From Patescibacteria group bacterium (lineage in GTDB: Bacteria; Patescibacteriota; Patescibacteriia; Magasanikbacterales; GWA2-37-8), in NCBI GenBank assembly GCA_028688375.1, contig JAQTYG010000001.1, positions 7,793 through 71,792 of the forward strand: a stretch of 64,000 bases of DNA. The letters are read 5' to 3'. Position 1 is the stretch's first letter. Each line of letters starts with the position of its first letter. The notes beneath the pieces are model-generated. The model ran no database searches, was not told the origin of the DNA, and saw nothing but the letters and a program-made list of their open reading frames with translations. The translations under genes were made by a program, and so were the position numbers. Positions 55,958 to 64,000 of this stretch are shown here, piece after piece.

Positions 55958-56438
55958 AAAAATCCAACTCCGCGACGGTGAAGAAATCACCGACATCATC
56001 CGCCAAGCCGGCCTGGCCTATTTCTGGCAATATTTTTCCGGCCTCGCCGTTTTAATCATTGTTTCTTTTTTCGCGTTTTGGCTAATCGCCCAAGGCTGGC
56101 TCGGCTACGCCATCTTCGGCCTTGGCCTTCTGCTCGGTCTTTACATTATCATTCACACCCGTCAACGCCAGCGCTCCAACTACTGGGTCATCACCACTGA
56201 ACGGCTGGTGGACATCGACCGACAGGGCTGGTTTAACGAAACCATTTCCTCCGCGTTTTTTGACGATATCAAAGATATTTTTCACAGCAAAAAAGGCATA
56301 GGCGCGCGTTTTTTTGACTATGGCGCGGTGGTAATAGAAACTGAAAGCGATAAATACATGCTCACCGCGCAGAACGTGGCCCGTCCGCAGGAATTAGCCA
56401 ATATTTTAATCGAAGCCCGCCGGCAAATTTTAGAATAA
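55944..56438 (+). CDS. membrane protein with bacterial PH-like (YdbS/DUF304-type) domain
   Basis: Two TM helices followed by a ~90-aa PH-like region. Confidence 0.4.
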   Translation: MSLAKKIQLRDGEEITDIIRQAGLAYFWQYFSGLAVLIIVSFFAFWLIAQGWLGYAIFGLGLLLGLYIIIHTRQRQRSNYWVITTERLVDIDRQGWFNETISSAFFDDIKDIFHSKKGIGARFFDYGAVVIETESDKYMLTAQNVARPQELANILIEARRQILE

Positions 56439-56440
56439 TT

Positions 56441-56494
56441 GTCATCCCGACCGAAGTGGAGGGATCCCTTCGGCGATAAATTATCGGGGATCCA
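56441..56494. repeat. GTCATCCCGACCGAAGTGGAGGGATCCCTTCGG family repeat
   Basis: Near-identical to 58057-58094. Confidence 0.7.
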
Positions 56495-56500
56495 TAAAAT

Positions 56501-56893
56501 ATGTCCGAAGATCACGGTTGGAAAAATTTTTTCTACTCTCGCTGGTTTTTAATCGGCGTGGTTGTCGCCACTGTTTTAGTCGGCTTTGCTTTTGTTAAAG
56601 CGTATTATCAGGATTATCAAGTCCGGCAGGAAATAGAGCGGTTGCAATACGACGCCTCGCAATTGGAAGCGAAAAAAATAGAATCAATGGAAATTCTTAA
56701 ATATGTGCAGTCCCGCGACTATGTGGAAGCCAAAGCGCGCACTGATTTCAACCTCGCCAAACCGGGCGAACAAGTGGCAGTGATCACCGGCGCCACCGGC
56801 GCGGCCACGGGTGGACAGGTAAAAAAGAAGGTGATAGAATTAGAACACATTTCCAATCCTGTAAAATGGTGGAGATTATTTACTAACAACTAA
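56501..56893 (+). CDS. FtsB/DivIC-like septum formation initiator
   Basis: Single TM segment followed by a coiled coil (EIERLQYDASQLEAKKIE). Confidence 0.5.
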   Translation: MSEDHGWKNFFYSRWFLIGVVVATVLVGFAFVKAYYQDYQVRQEIERLQYDASQLEAKKIESMEILKYVQSRDYVEAKARTDFNLAKPGEQVAVITGATGAATGGQVKKKVIELEHISNPVKWWRLFTNN

Positions 56894-56902
56894 TTTCAAA
56901 AT

Positions 56903-57922
56903 ATGGAGAACATCCCGGGACAAAACACGGCTCCGGTCGAGCCGCGACCAATCGCGCCGTCAGCCAAGACCAACCAGACCATGTTTCTTTGGGGCCTGCT
57001 CGGTTTCATCGTAGTCGTGGTGGTGGTGCTCGGCGGTATCGGCGCTTATCGCGTTTATGCCAAAGGCGCGACCGATAGTTTTACTTCTATCGTGGCCAAA
57101 GTGCTGCGCTTGCCGGCGCTTAAAGTTAACGGCGTGACGGTTTTGTATTCCACCTATGTTGACGACCTCAAAGCCATTACCACTTTGAGCGACTATGACA
57201 AGCAATCCGGCGGACCGACCGCGGCTTTGACCGATGAACAAAAATCCGACCAGGTGCTTTGGCGATTAGCCAACAATATTTTCTTGGATGATTTGGCGAA
57301 AAAAATGAATGTGACCGTGGCCGATGAAGACGTGGCCGCGCTCAAAACACAAATGCTCGCCCAGTTTAAGGGCGGTGAGGCCGAGGCCAATACCGAAGTA
57401 CTCAAGCGTTACGGCTGGACCTTGAAAGAATATGAAAACAAAGTGATGCGCCCGTTTGTTCTGCAAAGCAAGCTGGATGAAAAATTTACCACCGACAACA
57501 GTTTGCGCGAAGACATCCGCGCTAAAGCTCAAGACGTATTGAATCAAATTAAAGCCGGCGCCAATTTTGAAGACATGGCCAAGAAGTACGGCGAGGACGG
57601 CACGGCCGCCAAAGGCGGGGATTTGGGCACGTTCGGCAAGGGCGAAATGGTACCGCAGTTTGAAACCGCCGCTTTCGCTTTGAAAAAAGGGGAGACCAGC
57701 CAGGAATTGGTGGAGACCTCTTACGGTTACCACATTATTCGCGTGGATGATGTGCAAGGCGAGAAAGTGAGCGCGCACCACATTATTTTCCTCTTCCCGA
57801 GTTTGGAAAAGAGTTTGGACGCGGCGCTGAAATCCGCGCTTCAAGCGGATACAATCCGTTTGTATCCCAAGATTCACAACCCTTTTACCGAAGCGCTGAA
57901 TCCGACGACCGCCACGCAGTAG
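56903..57922 (+). CDS. PpiC-type (parvulin) peptidyl-prolyl isomerase, PrsA/SurA-like, membrane-anchored
   Basis: Rotamase domain FEDMAKKYGEDGTAAKGGDLGTFGKGEMVPQFE...YGYHII. Confidence 0.75.
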   Translation: MENIPGQNTAPVEPRPIAPSAKTNQTMFLWGLLGFIVVVVVVLGGIGAYRVYAKGATDSFTSIVAKVLRLPALKVNGVTVLYSTYVDDLKAITTLSDYDKQSGGPTAALTDEQKSDQVLWRLANNIFLDDLAKKMNVTVADEDVAALKTQMLAQFKGGEAEANTEVLKRYGWTLKEYENKVMRPFVLQSKLDEKFTTDNSLREDIRAKAQDVLNQIKAGANFEDMAKKYGEDGTAAKGGDLGTFGKGEMVPQFETAAFALKKGETSQELVETSYGYHIIRVDDVQGEKVSAHHIIFLFPSLEKSLDAALKSALQADTIRLYPKIHNPFTEALNPTTATQ

Positions 57923-57937
57923 AAAATAATTAAGCTT

Positions 57938-57968
57938 CAGAGACAGGCTTCGCCGCCTGTCTCTGTTA
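57938..57968 (+). terminator. terminator-like hairpin
   Basis: CAGAGACAGGC-TTCGCC-GCCTGTCTCTG. Confidence 0.45.
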
Positions 57969-57972
57969 AAAA

Positions 57973-58043
57973 GCGGGATTAGTACAGTGGTAGTATGCTT
58001 GCTTCCCAAGCAAGAGATGCGAGTTCGATTCTCGTATCCCGCT
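57973..58043 (+). tRNA. tRNA-Gly (anticodon CCC)
   Basis: GCGGGATTAGTACAGTGGTAGTATGCTTGCTTCCCAAGCAAG...GAGTTCGATTCTCGTATCCCGCT. Confidence 0.8.
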
Positions 58044-58056
58044 CACATCATTTTTG

Positions 58057-58094
58057 TCATCCCGACCGAAGTGGAGGGATCCCTCCGGCACCCA
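58057..58094. repeat. GTCATCCCGACCGAAGTGGAGGGATCCCTCCGGCACCC family repeat right after tRNA-Gly
   Basis: Shares the GGATCCCTCCGGCACCC tail with 60092-60110. Confidence 0.7.
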
Positions 58095-58107
58095 TCTTTT
58101 ACCAATT

Positions 58108-59493
58108 ATGTACAAATTTGCCAAGAAGAAAAAAACCAAAAAATACGCCGGCCGGCCGGTCAAAGAAGACGCCGGCCGTTTTAATAACCTCGTTATCAAC
58201 GACGAGTGGCGCGCCGTGTTAGACGCGCTGGAAAACAGCCCGGAAAATATTTTCGTCACCGGACGGGCCGGCACCGGCAAGTCCACTCTGCTGGATTATT
58301 GGCGCGCGCAAACCAAACAAAGCATCGTCGTCCTCGCGCCGACCGGCGTGGCCGCCCTCAACGTCCGCGGTCAAACCATTCATTCGTTTTTCAGTTTTCA
58401 CCCGGGCATTACGCCGAATGATATCCATCGCCGAGGCACCAAAGCCGGCGCGGAAAATATGTATAAAAAAATCGACGCCATTGTGATTGACGAGGTCTCC
58501 ATGGTCCGCGCCGACTTGCTTGATTGCGTGGACAAATTTATGCGCCTCAACGGACGGGAACGCGGACGGGCGTTCGGCGGCGCGCGCCTGGTCGTGTTCG
58601 GCGACATGTGCCAGCTCCCGCCGGTCATCACCAACACGGAGCACGAAGCATTTTTTTCTTTGTATCAAACACCGTATTTTTTCTCGGCCAATGTTTTTCG
58701 CACCCGCCAGCTGGTCGGTCCGTCCAATGATTTCGTTAAATTTGAACTGAACGAAGTCCACCGGCAGAAAGACGCCAATTTTATCCGCTTGCTCAACCGC
58801 GTGCGCGACAATGAAGTTACGGCCGAAGATTTGGCCGAGCTCAACCAACGCCACGACCAAAATTTTCAAATCAGCGACGACGACTTCCGCATTTATCTCA
58901 CGGCGACCAATCAGGCGGCGGCGGAAATAAACAGCGCGCGTCTCAGTCGTTTGCCCGGTCAAGCGCAAGCGTTCAAAGCCGAGGCCTACGGTCATTTTGA
59001 CGAACGCGTTCATCCGACCGACGAAATATTACAACTCAAAGTCGGCGCCCAGGTGATGCTGATAAACAATGACGCGGACAAGCGCTGGGTTAACGGCAGT
59101 ATCGGACGCGTGGTGGAATGTAAAAAAAATAATTACGGCCTGCCCAACGTAAAAGTGAAATTAGCCGATGGGGCAGTGGTGGAGGTGGAACAGCACACCT
59201 GGAAAGCGCACCGCTACCATTTTAACGTCTCGCAACAAAAAATTGAAGCCGAAGAAATCGGCGCCTTCACGCAACTGCCTCTCAAACTCGCTTGGGCGGT
59301 GACGATTCACAAAGCGCAAGGTAAAACTTTTGACCGCGTCGTGCTGGATGTCGGCCGAGGTATGTTCGCCTCCGGCCAATTGTACGTCGCCCTGTCGCGC
59401 TGTACTTCGCTCGAGGGCATTGTCCTCATCCAACCGCTTCTGCCCCGCGACGTCATCACCGACCCGGTCATCTCCGAATTCCTGCGAGGATAA
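58108..59493 (+). CDS. Pif1/RecD-family 5'-3' DNA helicase
   Basis: Walker A GRAGTGKSTLL, IVIDEVSM, and C-terminal TIHKAQGKTFDRV and LYVALSRC. Confidence 0.75.
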   Translation: MYKFAKKKKTKKYAGRPVKEDAGRFNNLVINDEWRAVLDALENSPENIFVTGRAGTGKSTLLDYWRAQTKQSIVVLAPTGVAALNVRGQTIHSFFSFHPGITPNDIHRRGTKAGAENMYKKIDAIVIDEVSMVRADLLDCVDKFMRLNGRERGRAFGGARLVVFGDMCQLPPVITNTEHEAFFSLYQTPYFFSANVFRTRQLVGPSNDFVKFELNEVHRQKDANFIRLLNRVRDNEVTAEDLAELNQRHDQNFQISDDDFRIYLTATNQAAAEINSARLSRLPGQAQAFKAEAYGHFDERVHPTDEILQLKVGAQVMLINNDADKRWVNGSIGRVVECKKNNYGLPNVKVKLADGAVVEVEQHTWKAHRYHFNVSQQKIEAEEIGAFTQLPLKLAWAVTIHKAQGKTFDRVVLDVGRGMFASGQLYVALSRCTSLEGIVLIQPLLPRDVITDPVISEFLRG

Positions 59494-59570
59494 TCTTAGC
59501 CCTCCCTCTCCTTACCAAGGAGAGCCCGCCTGCCGGCGAGGCAGGGGCTGGGATGAGGTCCGCCTTAAAA

Positions 59571-59606
59571 CAAAAACCCCCCGGCTTTCGCCGAAGGGTT
59601 TTTTGA
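59571..59606. terminator. bidirectional rho-independent terminator (Pif1 gene / csp)
   Basis: CCGGCTTTCGCCGG-type stem with a GAAA loop, flanked by A-runs and T-runs on both strands. Confidence 0.65.
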
Positions 59607-59616
59607 TGTCTAGATA

Positions 59617-59820
59617 TTAGACGCGCTTCACGTGGATAGCGCGCGGGCCTTTGTCCGATTGCTCGGTCTCAAAGGTCACGGCATCGCCTTCGCGTAATTC
59701 GTCGAAGGTAACGCCTTCAAGGGCGGTGGAGTGGAAGAAAAGATCCTTCCCGTCAGTAGCGCCTTCAGGGGCGATAAAGCCAAAACCCTTATCTGTCAAT
59801 CTTTGAATTTTTCCGTTCAT
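59617..59820 (-). CDS. cold-shock protein (CspA family)
   Basis: MNGKIQRLTDKGFGFI...FFH RNP1/RNP2 motifs. 68 aa starting from the internal ATG. Confidence 0.85.
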   Translation of the reverse strand: MNGKIQRLTDKGFGFIAPEGATDGKDLFFHSTALEGVTFDELREGDAVTFETEQSDKGPRAIHVKRV

Positions 59821-59906
59821 AGATGTGATAAGTGAATAAATCTGCAAAGTGGCCTCTGCAGAAATTCGACTAGTTTCTACGTGAGAAGCGTACTTTATAG
59901 ATGAAT

Positions 59907-59935
59907 AGTATAGCATAAAATGGGGATTTTGTCAA
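59907..59935 (-). promoter_or_regulatory. consensus sigma-70 promoter of csp with ~85-nt structured 5' UTR
   Basis: On the minus strand: TTGACA, 17-nt spacer, TATACT. The leader contains a TCTGCA...TGCAGA hairpin. Confidence 0.6.
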
Positions 59936-60010
59936 TAGGGTGCCCGAATCAAGAGCAAAAACAAGCTTTTTGACTATACACAGCTAAAAGCGGTATAATC
60001 TCTTTAGTTT

Positions 60011-60144
60011 CTCCCCCTCTTATAAAGAGGGGGACTAAGGGGGAGTCCTGTCATCCTCGTCACCTGTCATTCTGAACGGAGCGTAGCGCAGTGAAGAATC
60101 CCTCCGGCACCCGTCACCTGTCATTCCCGACCCGATCGGGAATC
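60011..60144. repeat. cluster of repeats: CCCCCTCTT-ATAA-AGAGGGGG hairpin plus two GTCATT family copies
   Basis: GTCATTCTGAACGGAGCGTAGCGCAGTGAAGAATCCC and GTCATTCCCGACCCGATCGGGAATCC. Confidence 0.65.
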
Positions 60145-60164
60145 CATCCCCATAATATTATTAT

Positions 60165-61151
60165 ATGCCCGAAACAAATAGAGATGTTGACCCGGAAATT
60201 CTCGCCCGAGTCCTGAGAGACCAGGCGGTGCGTAAAATAAGAGTAAAACCGCCCGCGCATTGGATCGGCCAAGAACCAAATTTCGGTCCGGAAACCAGAA
60301 AGCCCCCGGAATTTTATGGCGACCATCTGGCCGAAATGATGCGCCAAATAGCCGAGCAGATAAACAAAGACGTGCTGGCGGAATACGGCCTGGCGGATTT
60401 TTTGAATTCCGACAACTCGCTCAACATGAACGGCTATGCCGACGGTCCGCATACGGCGGAAAAAGTGCGGGCGGATGAAGCCAGCGTTTTTGCCTCGGAT
60501 TTGAATTTTTCCGGCGCGCGCAGTAAAGACACGCAGGAAGAATACGGCGTGAACACGCCGGAGGCAGTCGTCCCGCTTTATCGCGAACGAAAAAAATTAC
60601 AAAAAAATTACCAAATGGAAATGGCCGTCACCGCCTTGCTCCACAAAATTTTAGGCGGAGATTATTTGGTGGTGCGCGCCTCGGCGCTCGATGACTACAA
60701 TAACGGCGTGGATAACATTATTATCAACAAACAAACCGGCGAAGTGATCTGCGCTTTTGACGAAGTGCACGAGAGTGGGACTGGCGAACGCACTGAGAAG
60801 AAAAATCAAAAAATAAAAACGCTGGCTGTCCGAGGCGGGGCCAAAGTCCGTTACGGCATCAAAATGGAAAAAGGCAAGCTCCAACGCGCGTCAATGTCCA
60901 ACGTGCCGGTGTTTTATCTGGGCTTGAGCAGTAAAGAGCTGGAAAATTTACTTGATAACATGAATTTTGATTTGGACGGGGAAATCCAACCCAAGGAATA
61001 CGAAACCTTCGCCCAATTGGTCGCCTCGCTCAAAGAACAACTCGCTGTTTTGAATGGAATGAAAAACGTTCATTTCGCCGTGTTCAACAAATTAAAAACC
61101 TTCGGCGCTTTGCTGGATGACTTTGAGGCGAAGGGAAAGAATCCGGCGTAA
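60165..61151 (+). CDS. hypothetical protein (328 aa, no recognisable domain)
   Basis: Intact ORF flanked by repeats. Acidic and helical. Confidence 0.4.
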   Translation: MPETNRDVDPEILARVLRDQAVRKIRVKPPAHWIGQEPNFGPETRKPPEFYGDHLAEMMRQIAEQINKDVLAEYGLADFLNSDNSLNMNGYADGPHTAEKVRADEASVFASDLNFSGARSKDTQEEYGVNTPEAVVPLYRERKKLQKNYQMEMAVTALLHKILGGDYLVVRASALDDYNNGVDNIIINKQTGEVICAFDEVHESGTGERTEKKNQKIKTLAVRGGAKVRYGIKMEKGKLQRASMSNVPVFYLGLSSKELENLLDNMNFDLDGEIQPKEYETFAQLVASLKEQLAVLNGMKNVHFAVFNKLKTFGALLDDFEAKGKNPA

Positions 61152-61154
61152 ATT

Positions 61155-61199
61155 TGTCATTCCCACACCTCCTTGTCATTCCCGCGTAGGCGGGAATCC
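61155..61199. repeat. tandem TGTCATTCCC / TGTCATTCCCGCGTAGGCGGGAATCC family repeat
   Basis: Perfect CCCGC-GTAG-GCGGG hairpin core. Confidence 0.7.
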
Positions 61200-61258
61200 A
61201 ACGGCACCGTGAGGCAAAGACAAATCCACAAAAAACATTTTTTCATTAACCCAATTCT

Positions 61259-61753
61259 ATGTCAAAAAAACGCCTGGCCATCATCTTCGTTTGCGTCGTA
61301 GTCGCGGTGGTAGTGTTCCTGTATTTCTGGCCGAGACCAATAGCCAAAGATTATCTGGCCAATTCTGTCACCGTACACGGAGTCTTTGATTTTGATTGCG
61401 CGCAAGACGATGATTGCTATATTGTTCGCAACGATATCGGACTGGATTGTCGCGATTATGACTGCGGGGTGGGGGAGGGCTGTTTTGACTCCAATGATCC
61501 CGACTACTTAAGCATCAACTTCAAAAAATACTCCCAAAAATTAAAAGAATTGTGCGACACCCCGGAACGCTTGGCCGATATGCAAGCCCGCCCGGAGGAA
61601 TATGGCTGTACTCTCGGCTTGGCTTATTGCCCTGATAGCGACACCAGCTATCGCCCGGCCTGCCGTGAAGGCAAATGCGTCAAAGTTAAAAGCCCTGCCC
61701 CATCCGACGCCTATTTCGCTGACCAGTTTTATCGCGCGGTGATTAAGGAGTAG
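61259..61753 (+). CDS. membrane-anchored cysteine-rich protein (13 Cys), hypothetical
   Basis: N-terminal TM segment followed by a Cys-rich ectodomain (DCAQDDDCY...CRDYDCGVGEGC). Confidence 0.4.
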   Translation: MSKKRLAIIFVCVVVAVVVFLYFWPRPIAKDYLANSVTVHGVFDFDCAQDDDCYIVRNDIGLDCRDYDCGVGEGCFDSNDPDYLSINFKKYSQKLKELCDTPERLADMQARPEEYGCTLGLAYCPDSDTSYRPACREGKCVKVKSPAPSDAYFADQFYRAVIKE

Positions 61754-61787
61754 GGTGGCGTAAATTTTATTATAACAACTATAATTT

Positions 61788-62438
61788 ATGAAACTTAAGG
61801 AGGTTCCCATGGTCGATAGACCGCGGGAAAAGTTAACTAAATACGGCGTAAACAAATTGAGCGACACCGAACTCATGGCGATTTTAATCCGCACCGGCAT
61901 AAAAGGCAAAAACGTCGTGGAGCTTTCAAAACAAATTCTGAAGATTATCGAAAAGAACGGCGTGGATAAAATTACGATGGATGATTTGACGAACGTCAAA
62001 GGTCTGGGTAAAACAAAAGCTGGCCAGATTCTCGCCAGTGTTGAACTGGGTCGGCGGTTGTTAAAAGGCAAAAAATCCGAGCTTATCCTGTCCGCGCAAG
62101 ACGTTTGGAATAAAATGGAGGACTTACGCGATAGCAAAAAAGAACATTTTGTCATTTTTTATCTGGATACGCAAAATCAGATAATTGAAAGAGAAATAAT
62201 TTCCGTCGGTACGTTGAACGAAAGCCTGATTCATCCGCGAGAAGTTTTTGAACCGGCCATTGCTCATTCGGCGGCCCAAGTCATCGTTGCACACAATCAT
62301 CCGTCCGGAAATCTGAAGTCTTCGCCTGAAGATATCGCTGTGACCAAGCGTCTAACCGAAGCAGGAACCCTGCTCGGAATAGAGATCCTGGACCATGTAA
62401 TCGTTTCCAGGAGTGGGTTTAAAAGTTTGAATAAATGA
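61788..62438 (+). CDS. radC: RadC-like JAB/MPN domain protein
   Basis: HNHPSG JAMM motif, upstream E, and HhH N-terminus. Confidence 0.8.
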   Translation: MKLKEVPMVDRPREKLTKYGVNKLSDTELMAILIRTGIKGKNVVELSKQILKIIEKNGVDKITMDDLTNVKGLGKTKAGQILASVELGRRLLKGKKSELILSAQDVWNKMEDLRDSKKEHFVIFYLDTQNQIIEREIISVGTLNESLIHPREVFEPAIAHSAAQVIVAHNHPSGNLKSSPEDIAVTKRLTEAGTLLGIEILDHVIVSRSGFKSLNK

Positions 62439-62451
62439 GTACCCGTTAATT

Positions 62452-63072
62452 ATGCCCAACCATTATACTGAAAAATTAAAAATAGCCTTAAAAAAACGCG
62501 TTTTCATATATATTGACGCGGCTAACTTGGAACGCTCGGTGCAAGACATGTGGGTCAGTCCAAAGGACGTTCCGGATGATCTAAAAAAGTTTACAGCCGA
62601 TCAATTACGATATCGTATTGATTATCAAAAATTCAAGGAATATTTTAAGAGCTTGGCCGATGTGCGAGAAGTTAAGTTTTATTCCGCTGATTTTTGTAAC
62701 GAACAGCATGGTAAATTTTTATGGTTTCTCAAAAAGGTACTTAATTTTAAGTTAGAAACTAAGCCGCTTAAAGAATATCTTGACCATACTCCGGAGGCAC
62801 CTCACCGCAAAGCGAATTTTGATGTTGAATTGTCAGTTGACGCTACTTACAAATTAAACGAATATGATACTTTAATTTTGTTTTCAGGCGATTGCGATTT
62901 TGAATACCTCATCAAATTTTTAAAAGGCCATGGCAAGGTAGTTATTGTTTTTTCTCGTGTTGGCCATGTTGCGAAAGAGCTGCCGCCAGCCAGCAGTTAC
63001 TATTTCGATTTAATCGACTTCAGGAACGAATTATTAAAAATCGAAGAAAAAAAGCAAAAAATCCCGCTTTAG
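62452..63072 (+). CDS. NYN-domain (LabA-like PIN-fold) putative RNase
   Basis: VFIYIDAANL...LILFSGDCDFEYLIKFL acidic-residue pattern of NYN/LabA. Confidence 0.6.
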   Translation: MPNHYTEKLKIALKKRVFIYIDAANLERSVQDMWVSPKDVPDDLKKFTADQLRYRIDYQKFKEYFKSLADVREVKFYSADFCNEQHGKFLWFLKKVLNFKLETKPLKEYLDHTPEAPHRKANFDVELSVDATYKLNEYDTLILFSGDCDFEYLIKFLKGHGKVVIVFSRVGHVAKELPPASSYYFDLIDFRNELLKIEEKKQKIPL

Positions 63073-63080
63073 GCGGGATT
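63057..63080 (+). terminator. hairpin at the NYN gene end (weak terminator)
   Basis: AATCCCGC-TTTA-GGCGGGATT; no clear T-tract. Confidence 0.3.
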
Positions 63081-63200
63081 CTGCAGTTGATTTCAAGTGA
63101 TACTGCTATCACCTGTATTTCCATTATACACATTACATACAATTTTGTCAAGGTTATCCACAGGTGGGACGTAATTAAAAAATGGCGATTTTATCTCAAT

Positions 63201-63229
63201 TTGCATTAATTTTTTGGCTAAGATATAAT
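63201..63229 (+). promoter_or_regulatory. consensus sigma-70 promoter of hsdM
   Basis: TTGCAT, 17-nt spacer, TATAAT. Confidence 0.55.
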
Positions 63230-63255
63230 AAAAATACGATAAATCTTATTTAATT

Positions 63256-64000
63256 ATGCCTATTCAAACCGAGACAAACAACAGCGCGGATTTCGAAAAG
63301 ATGCTCTTCCGCGCCGCTGACAAACTTCGCAAAAATATTGATGCCGCCGAATACAAACACGTGGTGCTCGGCCTTATTTTTTTGAAATTTATCTCTGATT
63401 CTTTTGAAGAATTGCACGCTAAATTAGTGAGCGGCGATGGTGATTACACCGGCGCCAATCCTGAAGACAAGGATGAATATTTAGCCGAGAGCGTGTTTTT
63501 CGTTCCGCCAAATGCCCGTTGGTCTTACATCCAAACCAGAGCCAAATTGCCAAGCATTGGCGAGGATTTGGACATGGCCATGGATTTAATAGAAAAAGAC
63601 AATCCGAGCTTGCGCGGAATCTTGCCAAAAGTTTACGCTCGGCCAAATTTGGATAAAATGTCTTTGGGCGGTTTGATAGACATGATCAACAACACGGCCC
63701 TTAAACAAGAAAACGAAAAAAGCAAAGATTTGTTTGGTCGTGTATATGAATATTTTCTTGGTGAGTTTGCCAATGCCGAAGGCAAAAAAGGCGGACAATT
63801 TTATACGCCAAAATCCATCGTTAGATTGATGGTGGAAATGATTGAGCCGTACAAAGGCCGGGTTTATGATCCGTGTTGCGGTTCAGGCGGCATGTTTGTC
63901 ATGAGTGAAAAATTCGTGGAAGAACACCGCGGCCGTCGTGATGACATCTCTGTTTACGGACAAGAATCAAATCAAACAACTTGGCGTTTGTGCAGAATGA
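63256..64000 (+). CDS. hsdM: type I restriction-modification methyltransferase subunit HsdM (3' truncated by window end)
   Basis: HsdM N-domain, then N6_Mtase motif [11 protein letters not shown]. Confidence 0.8.
   Translation, partial: MPIQTETNNSADFEKMLFRAADKLRKNIDAAEYKHVVLGLIFLKFISDSFEELHAKLVSGDGDYTGANPEDKDEYLAESVFFVPPNARWSYIQTRAKLPSIGEDLDMAMDLIEKDNPSLRGILPKVYARPNLDKMSLGGLIDMINNTALKQENEKSKDLFGRVYEYFLGEFANAEGKKGGQFYTPKSIVRLMVEMIEPYKGRVYDPCCGSGGMFVMSEKFVEEHRGRRDDISVYGQESNQTTWRLCRM

Overview
This 64-kb window is densely coded, about 50% GC with GC-richer patches, and has no rRNA and no CRISPR array. The gene content (reduced cell-division and peptidoglycan set, a PilT ATPase, many glycosyltransferases, small overlapping operons) fits a reduced-genome bacterium, possibly CPR/Patescibacteria-like; that placement is inference only.

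Main blocks:
- 1-10.2 kb: envelope glycan locus 1, with the pyrG 3' end, a polyprenyl-phosphate sugar transferase, a secreted S8 peptidase, an SDR epimerase, GT2, GT4, a methyltransferase and a standalone Cas4-like PD-(D/E)XK nuclease.
- 11.4-18.9 kb: recJ, lepA, murJ and a beta-CASP MBL RNase.
- 19.0-25.7 kb: a reduced dcw cluster (mraZ, rsmH, an ftsL-like gene, a membrane-anchored ClpB/C-like AAA+ protein, ftsW).
- 25.7-37.0 kb: rhamnose/glycan locus 2 (rfbB, rfbD, pgi/pmi, four GT2 genes, an RmlA-like gene). It is interrupted by a GC-shifted tandem pair of diverged HD-domain paralogs whose promoter-side motif and 65-bp terminator flanks are identical.
- 37.1-38.1 kb: a GC-rich nucleoside-2-deoxyribosyltransferase-like gene beside two tRNA-Pro genes, with a 70-bp direct repeat of the tRNA 3' flank.
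- 38.2-50.4 kb: pilT, cca, an AbrB-like regulator with a HlyD/MacB-type efflux operon, then dnaG-rpoD-murG.
- 50.4-53.0 kb: a MiaB/MtaB-like radical-SAM gene carrying an in-frame palindromic-repeat insertion, plus a GC-rich alternative sigma factor.
- 53.3-58.0 kb: tRNA-Lys (with a 3'-end duplication), a GIY-YIG gene, a translin-like gene, murE-like, ftsB-like and ppiC-type genes.
- 58.0-64.0 kb: a tRNA-Gly-adjacent accessory island with a Pif1-like helicase, csp, two unknown proteins (one Cys-rich), radC, an NYN-domain gene and the start of hsdM.

Three repeat families recur across the window:
- A GTCATYSCG...GGAATCC palindromic repeat at 11 or more loci, twice reaching into coding sequence.
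- A CCTGCCTGCCGGCAGGCAGG hairpin.
- A roughly 130-180 bp inverted-repeat MITE-like element in two copies.
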